A stretch of 64,000 bases of DNA. Origin: a virus. Every line of letters starts with the position of its first letter. Position 1 is the stretch's first letter. Under the pieces are notes generated by a model that searched no databases, had not been told where the DNA came from, and was given only the letters and a program-made list of their open reading frames with translations. The stretch lies in the IMG/VR virus record IMGVR_UViG_3300032315_000748; one strand, 5' to 3'. The position numbers were made by a program, and so were the translations under genes. Positions 28,534 through 38,933 of this stretch are shown here, piece by piece.

Positions 28534-29568
28534 ATGGCACTCTGGGGCATTTCAACAACAACCGAAACTGCGGCAAATAATTATAACATTCCAAAGTTTA
28601 TGCACATCGTTGACAAAAACATTACAGGGCATAATGTTTTTGCTGATGGTCGAGGATGGATACACAGACACTACAAGAGTTCTGAAAACTCTGGAATTAG
28701 CACCAGGTATTGTGATGAGATTTTAGTTCCTATTGCTGGTCTGAATACTACTGGTATTAGTTCAAATACTACAGGACTCGGAAATGCTACTCCAGTAGCA
28801 GTTTTCTTCGAAGACCCAAACAAGGCATCGTCAATTTCTGTTGGTGGTGGCGGAACTACCGGTATTGCTACTAATACTACTGGACATGTTCATCTTGTTT
28901 ATAATGAACTGGTTTATGTTTCTGCCGGAGCAACAGTTAGAATTCGTACCTTTGATGCTAATAATGCAAATGAAAGTACTGCAATTGTTGGGACAGCAGC
29001 ATCAGTCGCACCTGGAGCACCAGTTGTTAACTATGTAAATGGCAACGGATTGACTGTTTTTACAAATTACAACGGACAAATCACCAACAGAGTAGCATTT
29101 GCCTTTACTTCACCAAGTTCAGTTCTTACTGCAAACGTTCCATTCACAACATCAGTAACTACGACAGGACAAACTGTTGCGATTGGTGGAACTAATATCT
29201 TTGTTGACTCAGTAACGGGTGTTTCTATTGGAAGTTCACTTACAGTAGCAGGTAAACTTACAAATGTTTCTGTTGTTGCTGTTGGAACTACTTCTGTTCA
29301 AATTGGAACTGCAAGTACAATTTCTTCAACAATTACTGCAGGACTTGGAGTTACATTTAGCACAAGAACAAATGCTACAAAGTTGTTTATTGATATGAGT
29401 AGAGGATTTATTGGTGTTGGTACTGATGGTGCAACTGGCGTTGGTATCATTAGCTCCTTTACTTCTGACATCATTCGTCAAATAGGCGGTGCTGGAACTT
29501 ATCTTTCTTTACAAAAAGATGGAGTAACTGCCGTTGGACTTGGAACAACTACATTAACAGTTAGATAA
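28534..29568 (+). CDS. Putative virion structural protein
   Basis: MALWG start, T/G/S-rich beta composition, late promoter. Confidence 0.7.
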   Translation: MALWGISTTTETAANNYNIPKFMHIVDKNITGHNVFADGRGWIHRHYKSSENSGISTRYCDEILVPIAGLNTTGISSNTTGLGNATPVAVFFEDPNKASSISVGGGGTTGIATNTTGHVHLVYNELVYVSAGATVRIRTFDANNANESTAIVGTAASVAPGAPVVNYVNGNGLTVFTNYNGQITNRVAFAFTSPSSVLTANVPFTTSVTTTGQTVAIGGTNIFVDSVTGVSIGSSLTVAGKLTNVSVVAVGTTSVQIGTASTISSTITAGLGVTFSTRTNATKLFIDMSRGFIGVGTDGATGVGIISSFTSDIIRQIGGAGTYLSLQKDGVTAVGLGTTTLTVR

Positions 29569-29576
29569 TATACAAT

Positions 29577-29948
29577 ATGAGATTTGATGAATTGAATGAA
29601 GAAAATTATATAATCTTTGCTATCAAACATTATGAAAATCCTCAAGCAATGACGCAAGAGGATTTTTTTGAAGATATGAAAAGATTCAAATGGATTAAGA
29701 GACTTCTAAACAAATACAAAAATACAGGTGAATTAAATATTCATCTAATTATTAATCATTTTATGGTTCTTTATAATGTATTTGGAGAAGCAGCAACACC
29801 TTTGTTGTTTTACAAATTAAATAAAGAATTGTGGAGTATATTAAAGACTTTTGTTTTATATCTTGGGCGACTTCCAGAGTATCCAAAGACATCTATACAC
29901 GATATACCAATTGATATTGAATGTCTTAAAATTTTAAAATCAATCTAA
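29577..29948 (+). CDS. Conserved T4-like hypothetical protein
   Basis: FAIKHYENP...EDMKRFKWIKRL...LIINH...LYNVFG. Confidence 0.8.
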   Translation: MRFDELNEENYIIFAIKHYENPQAMTQEDFFEDMKRFKWIKRLLNKYKNTGELNIHLIINHFMVLYNVFGEAATPLLFYKLNKELWSILKTFVLYLGRLPEYPKTSIHDIPIDIECLKILKSI

Positions 29949-30169
29949 TGAAAGAAGAAACTCTTTTAAAGTTAATTAATATTATTCGTAATCTTCGTGA
30001 AGATGGTGAGATGGTTATTACTAATAATGCATCAAGTGGAAAAATTGCGGGATTGCCACCGGATAATCCTCCGGTTTTCAAAAAAAGAAAAACTGAACCA
30101 AAAAGAAAAAATCACAATCCATTTTTCAAAAACTTATCTCAAATAGAAAGACGAAACCCACCGCAATAG
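29948..30169 (+). CDS. Hypothetical protein
   Basis: LREDGE..TNNASSGKIAGLPPDNPPV; translationally coupled. Confidence 0.65.
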   Translation: MKEETLLKLINIIRNLREDGEMVITNNASSGKIAGLPPDNPPVFKKRKTEPKRKNHNPFFKNLSQIERRNPPQ

Positions 30170-30173
30170 AAAA

Positions 30174-30638
30174 ATGTTCAACCAAAACTCCTCTTCGCCT
30201 GAAACAAAAATTGCAGTTCTTGAAGAAAGGCTTTCCGTGTACGAACAAATGATATCTCGTATTGATGCAGCAATCGAAAAGATTAGTGAGACTAATCAAA
30301 ATATCAGTAAGATGTTAGCAGTTCACACAGAAAAAATAGAACAAGCAGTCAAAACAGATAACTTAATTGTTTCTATGATAGAGGAGATAAAAATATCATC
30401 AAAAGAACAACATGATTTGATTAGTGAAGAATTAGGAGAAAGAATAGAAAAATTAGAACTGAAAGTGGAAAATATATCAAAAATAAAATGGATGGTGGTT
30501 GGAATGGGAACATTGACAGCATTGGTTGTTACCATATTATCCCAATTGGCCGGTGGAATTATACGTCACCCAGAAAAACCCAATCAACAAATTTTACAGA
30601 ATAATTTGACAGCATTAAATATTAGCGGTAAGATGTAG
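30174..30638 (+). CDS. Coiled-coil protein with C-terminal transmembrane helix
   Basis: Heptad pattern, then WMVVGMGTLTALVVTIL; upstream of primase. Confidence 0.7.
   Translation: MFNQNSSSPETKIAVLEERLSVYEQMISRIDAAIEKISETNQNISKMLAVHTEKIEQAVKTDNLIVSMIEEIKISSKEQHDLISEELGERIEKLELKVENISKIKWMVVGMGTLTALVVTILSQLAGGIIRHPEKPNQQILQNNLTALNISGKM
30606..30634 (+). promoter_or_regulatory. Sigma70-type promoter for primase/nrd
   Basis: TTGACA-17 nt-TAAGAT. Confidence 0.65.
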
Positions 30639-30655
30639 GACCTGATCCTTTTGTG

Positions 30656-31660
30656 ATGAATTTTATTGATCAAAAATACATTGGTCTGGTTTCTTCAAGA
30701 CTGGAGAAGTTTAAACAAGTTAAAACTGGACTGTATAATTTTAGATGTGTATATTGTGGGGATTCACAAAAGAATAAAAGCAAGACAAGAGGATATATTT
30801 ACGGTTATAAGAACGATCATAATTACAAGTGTCACAATTGTGGAGTATCTAAATCTTTTACTAATTTTCTAAAAGATATTGACACCACTCTTTATGATCA
30901 ATATATTATGGAGAGATATAAGAATGGTTCTACTGGCAAGGGATCTAATACACCAGAACCAAAATTCACCTTTGAAAAACCAAAATTCACAAAAAAAGCA
31001 TTTGATTTGCCATCCATCGCAGAACTAAATAAAGAACATTCGGCAAGAATTTATTTAGAAAACAGAAAAATTCCTCAAGATTTTTTGAGTCAATTATTTT
31101 ATTGTGAAAAGTTCAAACAATGGACGAATGAACAAAAAAAAACTTTTGAATCTACAAAATACGATGAACCTAGAATCATCATTCCACTTATCAACAATGG
31201 AGAAATATTTGGATTTCAGGGTCGTAGTTTAAGTAAGAAACCAAAAGTAAAATACATCACAATTATTCTAGATGAAGATCAACCAAAAATTTATGGATTA
31301 AACAGAATTGATTGGAACAAAACTGTTTATGTTGTAGAAGGTCCATTTGATAGTATGTTTATTGAAAATTCAATTGCGATGGTTGGTGCTGATATTGATA
31401 AAATGTTTTTCATAGCAAATTTTGAAACCAATTTTGTTATGGTCTATGATAATGAAAAAAGAAATAAAGAGATGGTTGCACGATTGGAAAAAAGCATTGA
31501 GATGAAATTTCCTGTGGTAATTTGGCCAAAAGATTTAAAGGAAAAAGACATTAATGATATTGTATTATCTGGACAAGACGTGGAATCTATGCTAAAATTA
31601 AATACTTACCAAGGATTAGAAGCAAAACTTAAATTTACCAACTGGAAAAAAGTAGCATGA
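30656..31660 (+). CDS. gp61: DNA primase gp61
   Basis: CVYCGDS..CHNC zinc finger, FQGR, VEGPFDS, YDNE, KDIND. Confidence 0.96.
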   Translation: MNFIDQKYIGLVSSRLEKFKQVKTGLYNFRCVYCGDSQKNKSKTRGYIYGYKNDHNYKCHNCGVSKSFTNFLKDIDTTLYDQYIMERYKNGSTGKGSNTPEPKFTFEKPKFTKKAFDLPSIAELNKEHSARIYLENRKIPQDFLSQLFYCEKFKQWTNEQKKTFESTKYDEPRIIIPLINNGEIFGFQGRSLSKKPKVKYITIILDEDQPKIYGLNRIDWNKTVYVVEGPFDSMFIENSIAMVGADIDKMFFIANFETNFVMVYDNEKRNKEMVARLEKSIEMKFPVVIWPKDLKEKDINDIVLSGQDVESMLKLNTYQGLEAKLKFTNWKKVA

Positions 31661-33954
31661 GTAACGGCATAAACGTAGTTAAGAGAGATGGGTCTATTGA
31701 AAGTTTAGACCTCAATAAACTTCATTTGATGGTTGAAGAGTCTTGTAAAGACCTTGCTGGAGTGTCTGCATCTCAAGTTGAGATGACTTCCGGAATTCAA
31801 TTTTATGATGGAATTTCAACAAGAGAAGTTCAAGAAATTTTGATCAAATCTGCAGCAGATTTGATTGATTTAGAAAATCCAAATTATCAGTTTGTGGCAG
31901 CAAGACTTCTTTTGTTCTCTGTTCGTAAATCACTTTACGGAAAAATTAAAGATCATCCTACATTCTTTGAACATATTAATAAATGTGTAGATGCAAGTGT
32001 TTATGATAAGGAAATCTTATCATATTATACGGAAGAAGAACTAAATCGTCTTGGTGATTATATCAAACATAAACGGGATTATCTCTTCACCTATGCCGGT
32101 CTTCGTCAAGTTGTTGATAAATATCTTGTTCAAGATAGAAGCACCGGACAAGTATATGAAACTCCACAGTTCATGTATATGATGATTGCTGCAACAAAAT
32201 TCTCCCAATATCCAAAAGAAACTCGTCTTTCATATGTAAAGAGGTACTATGACGCAATATCAAAACACAAAATCAACATCCCAACACCAATTATGGGAGG
32301 AGTTAGAACTCCTTTACGACAATTTGCAAGTTGCGTTCTTGTTGATCCTGATGATACCCTCGATAGCATCGGTCACTCTGATTTGGCTATTTACAAGTAC
32401 GTTGCTCAAAGGGCTGGCATCGGTATCAATGCGGGCAGAATACGTGGTATCAATTCTAAAATCAGAGGCGGAGAAGTACAACACACAGGTGTTATTCCCT
32501 TCCTTAAAAAGTTTGAATCAACTGTCAGAAGTTGCACTCAAAACGGCATCCGAGGTGGTTCAGCAACTGTTCACTTTCCAATTTGGCACCAAGAAATAGA
32601 AGATATTATTGTTCTGAAGAATAATAAGGGAACTGAAGATAATCGTGTTCGCAAGTTAGACTATTCCATTCAAATCAGCAAAATCTTCTATGAACGATTT
32701 ATCCGCAACGAAGAAATCACACTCTTCTCTCCCCACGATGTTCCTGGTCTTTATGATGCTTTTGGTACTGATGGATTTGATGACCTTTATGTGGGTTATG
32801 AACGAAATGGATCTATTCCAAGAAAAACTATCGGTGCTCAAGAACTCTTTCTGGACCTTCTAAAAGAACGTGCAGAAACAGGTCGTATTTATATTATGAA
32901 TATTGACCATTGCAATTCTCATAGTTCTTTCGTTGATAAGGTTTCAATGTCAAACCTCTGTCAGGAAATTACTCTTCCCACCAAACCTCTTCAACATATT
33001 GATGATCCAGATGGAGAGATTGCTCTCTGTATTCTTTCTGCAATCAATGTCGGTAAAGTTAAGGATGATAGTGAATTTGAAGAACTTTGTGATTTGGCTG
33101 TTCGTGGGTTGGAAGAACTCATTGATTATCAGCAATATCCAATAGTTGCTGCTGAAAAATCAACAAAAGCACGTAGATCTCTTGGTGTTGGATTTATTGG
33201 TCTGGCACATTATCTTGCTAAACTTGGTTTTGATTATGATTCTCAAGAAGCATGGGATGCAGTTCATGGTCTTTCTGAATCATTCCAATATTTCTTACTC
33301 AAATCTTCTAATCAGATTGCCAAAGAAAAAGGTGCTTGTGAATATTTCAATCGCACAAAGTATTCCCAAGGAATTCTTCCAATTGATACATACAAAAAGG
33401 ATGTTGATGAACTGTCAAATCCAACTCTTCAACACGATTGGGAAACACTTAGAGAAGATATAAAACTGTATGGTCTTAGGCACTCCACACTATCCGCACA
33501 GATGCCCTCTGAGAGCAGTTCAGTCGTCTCTAATGCAACTAATGGAATTGAACCACCTAGAGGTTATTTGTCCGTCAAACAGTCTAAAAAAGGTCCTCTC
33601 AAGCAAATTGTTCCACAGTTTCAAAGTCTTAAAAACAATTATACGCTTCTTTGGGATATGCCTAGCAATCGTGGTTATATTAATATTGTTGCAGTTATGC
33701 AAAAATTCTTTGATCAAGCGATTTCTGGAAACTGGTCATATAATCCGGAGAATTATCCCGATAATGAAGTTCCTGTTAGCGTAATGGCACAAGATATGCT
33801 TACCTGCTTTAAGTATGGACACAAAACTGCATATTATCAGAATACTTATGATGGTAAGTCCGATGAAATCAAAGAAGAAAAATCCAACCTTGACAGTTTA
33901 GTGCAGGACATACTAAACTCAGTTGAAGATGACTGCGAGAGTTGTAAAATTTGA
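31657..33954 (+). CDS. nrdA: Ribonucleotide reductase class Ia alpha subunit
   Basis: ATP cone (VVKRDG), ASCVL, SNLCQEI, C-terminal CESCKI. Confidence 0.98.
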   Translation: MSNGINVVKRDGSIESLDLNKLHLMVEESCKDLAGVSASQVEMTSGIQFYDGISTREVQEILIKSAADLIDLENPNYQFVAARLLLFSVRKSLYGKIKDHPTFFEHINKCVDASVYDKEILSYYTEEELNRLGDYIKHKRDYLFTYAGLRQVVDKYLVQDRSTGQVYETPQFMYMMIAATKFSQYPKETRLSYVKRYYDAISKHKINIPTPIMGGVRTPLRQFASCVLVDPDDTLDSIGHSDLAIYKYVAQRAGIGINAGRIRGINSKIRGGEVQHTGVIPFLKKFESTVRSCTQNGIRGGSATVHFPIWHQEIEDIIVLKNNKGTEDNRVRKLDYSIQISKIFYERFIRNEEITLFSPHDVPGLYDAFGTDGFDDLYVGYERNGSIPRKTIGAQELFLDLLKERAETGRIYIMNIDHCNSHSSFVDKVSMSNLCQEITLPTKPLQHIDDPDGEIALCILSAINVGKVKDDSEFEELCDLAVRGLEELIDYQQYPIVAAEKSTKARRSLGVGFIGLAHYLAKLGFDYDSQEAWDAVHGLSESFQYFLLKSSNQIAKEKGACEYFNRTKYSQGILPIDTYKKDVDELSNPTLQHDWETLREDIKLYGLRHSTLSAQMPSESSSVVSNATNGIEPPRGYLSVKQSKKGPLKQIVPQFQSLKNNYTLLWDMPSNRGYINIVAVMQKFFDQAISGNWSYNPENYPDNEVPVSVMAQDMLTCFKYGHKTAYYQNTYDGKSDEIKEEKSNLDSLVQDILNSVEDDCESCKI

Positions 33955-33956
33955 TT

Positions 33957-35114
33957 ATGGAAGAAACTAAAACAATACAAGGTATGACTGTTCTTAATAC
34001 TCAACAAGTAGATTCCAAAAAACAACCAATGTTTTTTGGAGCACCTCAAGGAATCCAAAGATATGATTCTTATAAGTATCCTGTCTTTGATAAACTCACA
34101 CAGCAGCAACTTGGTTTCTTCTGGAGACCAGAAGAAATCTCTCTTCAAAAAGATCGTTCTGACTATCTGACACTGCGACCTGAACAAAGGCATATGTATA
34201 CTTCAAATTTGAAGTATCAGATTATGCTTGATAGTGTTCAGGGTCGTGCTCCTGGTATGGCATTTATTCCATATTGCTCTCTTCCTGAACTGGAAGCTTG
34301 TATGACAGTCTGGGGATTTATGGAGATGATTCACTCTAGATCTTATACTTACATTATTAAAAACATCTATTCAGATCCATCAGAAGTCTTTGATACTATT
34401 TTAAATAATGATAAGATTTTAGAAAGAGCATCTTCTGTTACCGGAACTTATGATGATTTCATCAATTCCGCACAACAATATGGATCTTCAAATCTATGGA
34501 TTCACGCGCAAGAAGGTGCTGGTGGTGCAAGAGAGGAAAGATTAGAACTCAAAAGAAAACTTTATCGTGCGGTCGCAAATGTCAACATTCTCGAAGGTAT
34601 CAGATTTTATGTCTCATTCGCTTGCTCGTTTGCGTTTGGTGAACTCAAACTTATGGAAGGATCCGCTAAAATTATCTCTCTCATCGCAAGAGACGAAAAT
34701 CAGCACCTTGTCATTACTCAAAACATCCTCAATAAGTGGCGTGAAGGAGATGATCCTGAAATGCAACAAATTGCTGGAGAAGAAGAAGGGTGGGTAAGAA
34801 ATGCGTTTAAGATTTGCGTAAATGAAGAAAAGAGATGGGCAGAATATCTCTTCAAAGATGGTTCTATGATTGGTTTGAATGATAAACTACTTTGGAACTA
34901 TGTTGAATGGATTGCGAATCGTCGTATGAAGGCAATTGGTCTTAAACCAGAATATGATATTCCGGCAAAGAACAATCCACTTCCTTGGACAGACCACTGG
35001 TTAAACAGTAAATCAGTTCAAGTCGCACCCCAAGAAACAGAAATTTCTAGTTATGTGGTAGGTGGTATTAAACAAGACATTAAAAACGATACATTCTCTG
35101 GATTTCAGTTGTGA
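33957..35114 (+). CDS. nrdB: Ribonucleotide reductase class Ia beta subunit
   Basis: FFWRPEE, EMIHSRSY, LEGIRFYVSF, DENQH, APQETE. Confidence 0.98.
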   Translation: MEETKTIQGMTVLNTQQVDSKKQPMFFGAPQGIQRYDSYKYPVFDKLTQQQLGFFWRPEEISLQKDRSDYLTLRPEQRHMYTSNLKYQIMLDSVQGRAPGMAFIPYCSLPELEACMTVWGFMEMIHSRSYTYIIKNIYSDPSEVFDTILNNDKILERASSVTGTYDDFINSAQQYGSSNLWIHAQEGAGGAREERLELKRKLYRAVANVNILEGIRFYVSFACSFAFGELKLMEGSAKIISLIARDENQHLVITQNILNKWREGDDPEMQQIAGEEEGWVRNAFKICVNEEKRWAEYLFKDGSMIGLNDKLLWNYVEWIANRRMKAIGLKPEYDIPAKNNPLPWTDHWLNSKSVQVAPQETEISSYVVGGIKQDIKNDTFSGFQL

Positions 35115-35117
35115 CGC

Positions 35118-35150
35118 AAGAGGGGTTTTACCCCTCTTTTTTTATAAATA
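35118..35150 (+). terminator. Terminator fused to a late promoter
   Basis: AAGAGGGG..CCCCTCTT plus T run, then TATAAATA at 35143. Confidence 0.85.
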
Positions 35151-35173
35151 ACTAAAAAGTATTTCTTATTCAT

Positions 35174-36862
35174 ATGTCTGGAACTTATAAGTCTAAAGAA
35201 ATTTACAGTGAAGGAGTATTGAGAGGGTCTCAAAGTCAAATTAAAAAATCTAGTGGAGCATCAGCATTAACACCAGATGCGGCAGCACAACTTGGACCCA
35301 AAGCAGTAGAATTACAAAGAAAAAAAGCAAAACAAGTAGATGTTCCTAATTTTGTGAAGACTGTAAGAAAAGAAGAAGTTGAACTTGGTGAAGCAAAAGT
35401 AGAAAGTGGGAAGTCTCAAGAAGAAAAAGAAATTATTAGAAATAAAAGAGCTGGAATTGATAAAGACCCAATGGCTTTTCCGGGCAGAAAAATGCAAAAT
35501 ATCTATAGAATGGAATTACATATGGATACGAGAGGAGAAAAAAAAGAAAGAGGTAAAAAAGTAAATGAAAAGATTGATGTAGGTGCTGATGCTGGTACAA
35601 CAATCAGTGATTTCGTTCATTCAAAGAGTGCTACATTCAAAGGTGATAGTAAGAAGCAAAGAATTAAGAGAGCACTTGGTGCCTATTACGCAGCACAAAA
35701 AGAAGAAACAGAAAACATTTATAATTATGTAATTGAAACTTTGGTTGATAGTGAATTCGCAGAAGATTATGAGACTGCTGAAAATATGTTTGAACATATG
35801 AGTAGTGAATTTGTAGCAGTCATTCTTGAAGAGTATATTGAAGAAAAGGCAAGAGGAACCAGACCAAAAAGAACAGTTCACGCATATGATGTTGACGAGA
35901 CTTTGGTTGGACACGGTAAGAAAGGAAAAACAAACGTGAAAGTTCACGTAAATGATGCATCCGGTAAAAGAGTTAAGAGTTTAAGCAATCAAGAATTCAA
36001 TACTCATAAACTTGATAAGGGACATTCTTATGATTTTAGTGAATTCAGAAGTGCTAAAAAGTTTGGAGAAACTTCAAGCGCAAACAAAAAAGTAATTAAA
36101 GATGTAAAAAGAAAGCAGGCAAGAGGACAAAATGTTCATATCATCACTGCTCGTGCGAAGTTTGATAATCCATCAGAGTTTCAAGGACATTTGAAGAAGA
36201 AAGGTGTTGATGTTCCTTTGAATAAAATTCATTATACTGGTGGAATGAAAGGTAGTGATATTGGAAAGAAAAAAGTAGATGTAGCAAAGGGGGTTGCAAA
36301 GCAGAGTGGTGCCAAGGAGATCCATATGTATGATGATGCCGCAAAGGTTCATAAGGCATTTGAGGGGGAAAAGAAAAATCAACCAACTTCCACAAAAATT
36401 AAAACTCATTTGGCAAAACCAAATGCATCTGGCGAAACACAACTTCGTTCTTATCAAGGAACAAAAGGCGGAAGAACTAGTGATAATCCATCATCAACTA
36501 CTAAACAAACACAACGTAGAAGAAACAAAGCAAGAAAGAATATGGGAGAAGAAGTATTTTCTTATCTAAATATAGAAGAAGGAAAAGTCAAAGGAGAAAT
36601 TATGTCACATTCCTACCAAGAAATCAAAGAAGATTTTGATCTTAGAGATAAACTCTTTATCAATTTCTCTGGGACTTCAAAAGCAAAAAATGAATTAAAA
36701 GAAGAAACTGAAATGACTCCATACGAACAATGGAAGTCTTTTGTTAAAGAAAATGAAGTTGAAGAAATTCAAGAGTCTGTTGAAATTGAAACAGAACTAA
36801 ACGAAGAGTTAGTACCTATGAATTCCTATCAAGCTTGGAAATCATATCTAGAATCAATTTGA
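35174..36862 (+). CDS. Putative internal virion protein with an embedded HAD-superfamily domain
   Basis: Glu-punctuated modules; HAD motifs YDVDET, ITAR, K, MYDD; late promoter. Confidence 0.7.
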   Translation: MSGTYKSKEIYSEGVLRGSQSQIKKSSGASALTPDAAAQLGPKAVELQRKKAKQVDVPNFVKTVRKEEVELGEAKVESGKSQEEKEIIRNKRAGIDKDPMAFPGRKMQNIYRMELHMDTRGEKKERGKKVNEKIDVGADAGTTISDFVHSKSATFKGDSKKQRIKRALGAYYAAQKEETENIYNYVIETLVDSEFAEDYETAENMFEHMSSEFVAVILEEYIEEKARGTRPKRTVHAYDVDETLVGHGKKGKTNVKVHVNDASGKRVKSLSNQEFNTHKLDKGHSYDFSEFRSAKKFGETSSANKKVIKDVKRKQARGQNVHIITARAKFDNPSEFQGHLKKKGVDVPLNKIHYTGGMKGSDIGKKKVDVAKGVAKQSGAKEIHMYDDAAKVHKAFEGEKKNQPTSTKIKTHLAKPNASGETQLRSYQGTKGGRTSDNPSSTTKQTQRRRNKARKNMGEEVFSYLNIEEGKVKGEIMSHSYQEIKEDFDLRDKLFINFSGTSKAKNELKEETEMTPYEQWKSFVKENEVEEIQESVEIETELNEELVPMNSYQAWKSYLESI

Positions 36863-36869
36863 GATTGAT

Positions 36870-36900
36870 AAAGGTCTTTCTAGTCCTAGAAAGACCTTTT
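36870..36900 (+). terminator. Intrinsic terminator
   Basis: AAAGGTCTTTCTAG-tc-CTAGAAAGACCTTT. Confidence 0.8.
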
Positions 36901-36957
36901 ATTTTTTATAATAAATAAATAACTAAATAATAATAAGAAAAAGTATTTTTCAGTCAT

Positions 36958-38361
36958 ATGGAAACTTGGAACACTGTCAAAACTCTTAAAGATATCGCAG
37001 GGGCATATCAATCAATCTACGAAGCAAAGAAGCAAGTAGATCAGGATGAAGATGGTGATAATGATTTTGCCGATAATATGATTGCGAGAATGGTTGCTTC
37101 TGGTATGTCTAGAGAAGAAGCAATTAAAAAAGTAAAGAATAAGGAATACAATAAAGAAGAGTATTCCTTGGACGAGGAAACCAAAGCAGAAAAAGAAGCA
37201 AGAATAGCAGCAAGACGAGCAAGAGTTAAGCAAATGGAAGATGAAGGTGCAGTAATGACATCTTCTCGTAGAGCAAGTGAAGTAGCAAAGCAAAGAAAAG
37301 AAGCCAAGAAAGCGGAGGCACTTGAAAGAGCAGGGTCATCTGTCCTCAATCAAATGCGTGGAGCATCTGGAAGGGTCTCCGAGAGGCCTATGGGATCAGA
37401 AGCACCCAAGGCAAAGGAGAAGGCACCAGAAGCAACCAGAAGACTAAATCCGAACCTTAGAAAGGACAATCTTGGATCTGCTGCTGACCGAGTTCTCAAA
37501 TCAATGAAAAAAGAAGAATTGGAACTTTGGGTAAATGAACTCATTGAAGAAGGTTATGACCTAAGTGAATATACTTGGGATGAGATGGCAGAGATTTATC
37601 TCGATGAAGCAACAAGAATGGGAAAGGAACTTGGTAAGGAAGGTGAGATTGCGACCCGTAAGGAACTTGCGGCACGTTCTAATGCTCACCAACGTTCTGG
37701 TAGTATAGATAAGACCATTGCGGCGGCAGAGAGACGTGCAGACCGTCCTTACATCAAACCAGTGCGTGATGAAAGTAAATCTGATTATAATAAGAGACTG
37801 CAGAAAAGTTCGGACACTATGTCAAAACTTGCAGCATCAAGAAGAGGTTCAGTAAGAGACAAACCCCGTGCTGGTCTAAGAGGTTATGGTGCTGACGTAA
37901 AAGGTAATGATAAAGAACTGCAAAATTCAAGACGTTCTGCTATGGCTGCAGGAACTCTAACTCCCAGAGAGAAAAAAATGCTCAACAGAGAAGCATACGA
38001 AACTTATGAGTTTGTAGCATCATATCTTTTAGAGAATAACTTTGCTGAATCCGTTGAAGATGCAAATGCAATTATCAACAATATGAGTGAGAACTGGTTT
38101 GAGAGTATTATGGAAGAAAAGAAACCACTTCCTGTTGCTAAAATGAAAAGAAAGGAAGAAAAGTTAGACAAAGAACTTGAAAGTGAGATGCCCAAAGTAT
38201 TAAGAACCGAAATTGATTCTCCCGAAAGAAAAGAATTTTTAGGAAAAAATAGAAGATTTGGTGATATGCATGATGTGAGACGTAGTGTTTCTACCAGAGG
38301 GGGTAAGAGACCATTACCAATGCCCGAAGTTGGTAGATATAAGCCAAAAGACGAAGATTGA
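36958..38361 (+). CDS. Putative internal virion protein
   Basis: Modules LIEEGYDLSEYTWDEM and YLLENNFAESVEDANAIINNMSENWFESIMEE; DQDEDGDND acidic loop; ATAAATA boxes upstream. Confidence 0.7.
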   Translation: METWNTVKTLKDIAGAYQSIYEAKKQVDQDEDGDNDFADNMIARMVASGMSREEAIKKVKNKEYNKEEYSLDEETKAEKEARIAARRARVKQMEDEGAVMTSSRRASEVAKQRKEAKKAEALERAGSSVLNQMRGASGRVSERPMGSEAPKAKEKAPEATRRLNPNLRKDNLGSAADRVLKSMKKEELELWVNELIEEGYDLSEYTWDEMAEIYLDEATRMGKELGKEGEIATRKELAARSNAHQRSGSIDKTIAAAERRADRPYIKPVRDESKSDYNKRLQKSSDTMSKLAASRRGSVRDKPRAGLRGYGADVKGNDKELQNSRRSAMAAGTLTPREKKMLNREAYETYEFVASYLLENNFAESVEDANAIINNMSENWFESIMEEKKPLPVAKMKRKEEKLDKELESEMPKVLRTEIDSPERKEFLGKNRRFGDMHDVRRSVSTRGGKRPLPMPEVGRYKPKDED

Positions 38362-38373
38362 TATTAATATATT

Positions 38374-38411
38374 AAGCACCTCTTGACAGGTGCTTTTTTT
38401 ATGACTATAAT
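38374..38411 (+). promoter_or_regulatory. Terminator overlapping a sigma70 promoter
   Basis: AAGCACCT..AGGTGCTT plus T run; TTGACA(38383)-17 nt-TATAAT(38406). Confidence 0.8.
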
Positions 38412-38472
38412 CACTCTGTTAGGGTTGAAGATAAGTTGTATCTATATAACTTGAAGAATATTAAGAACCCGA

Positions 38473-38895
38473 ATGAGTTATGATAATCCTTGGTTATATC
38501 AAGGAAAGATTTTTGAGACAGAAGATATTGGAGAGCACTTTGGATTTATCTACTTAATAGAGTGTGAAGAGAACAGTAGAAAATATCTGGGAAGAAAATA
38601 CTTCTGGTCTTTTAGGACACCAAAAGGAAAGAAAAGAAAAGTAAAACAAGAAAGTGATTGGAAGAAATATTATGGGTCTTGTCCAGAACTAAAAGACGAT
38701 ATTAAGATATTAGGTAAAGATAAGTTCAAAAGAAGTATTCTGTCTCTTCATAAGACCTTAGGTAAGACAAACTATGAAGAGACAAGATTGTTGTTTTTGA
38801 ATAATGTTTTGACGGAAGCATTAGAAGATGGGTGTCCAAGATATTACAACTCAAATATTCTTTCAAGATATTACCGAAAAGATTACTTTAATTGA
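38473..38895 (+). CDS. GIY-YIG family endonuclease
   Basis: GFIYLI...KYLGRK...YYGS...YEE...YN. Confidence 0.75.
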   Translation: MSYDNPWLYQGKIFETEDIGEHFGFIYLIECEENSRKYLGRKYFWSFRTPKGKKRKVKQESDWKKYYGSCPELKDDIKILGKDKFKRSILSLHKTLGKTNYEETRLLFLNNVLTEALEDGCPRYYNSNILSRYYRKDYFN

Positions 38896-38933
38896 CAAAT
38901 TAATAAATAAGTTATGTGTTAGTAAATATTTCC

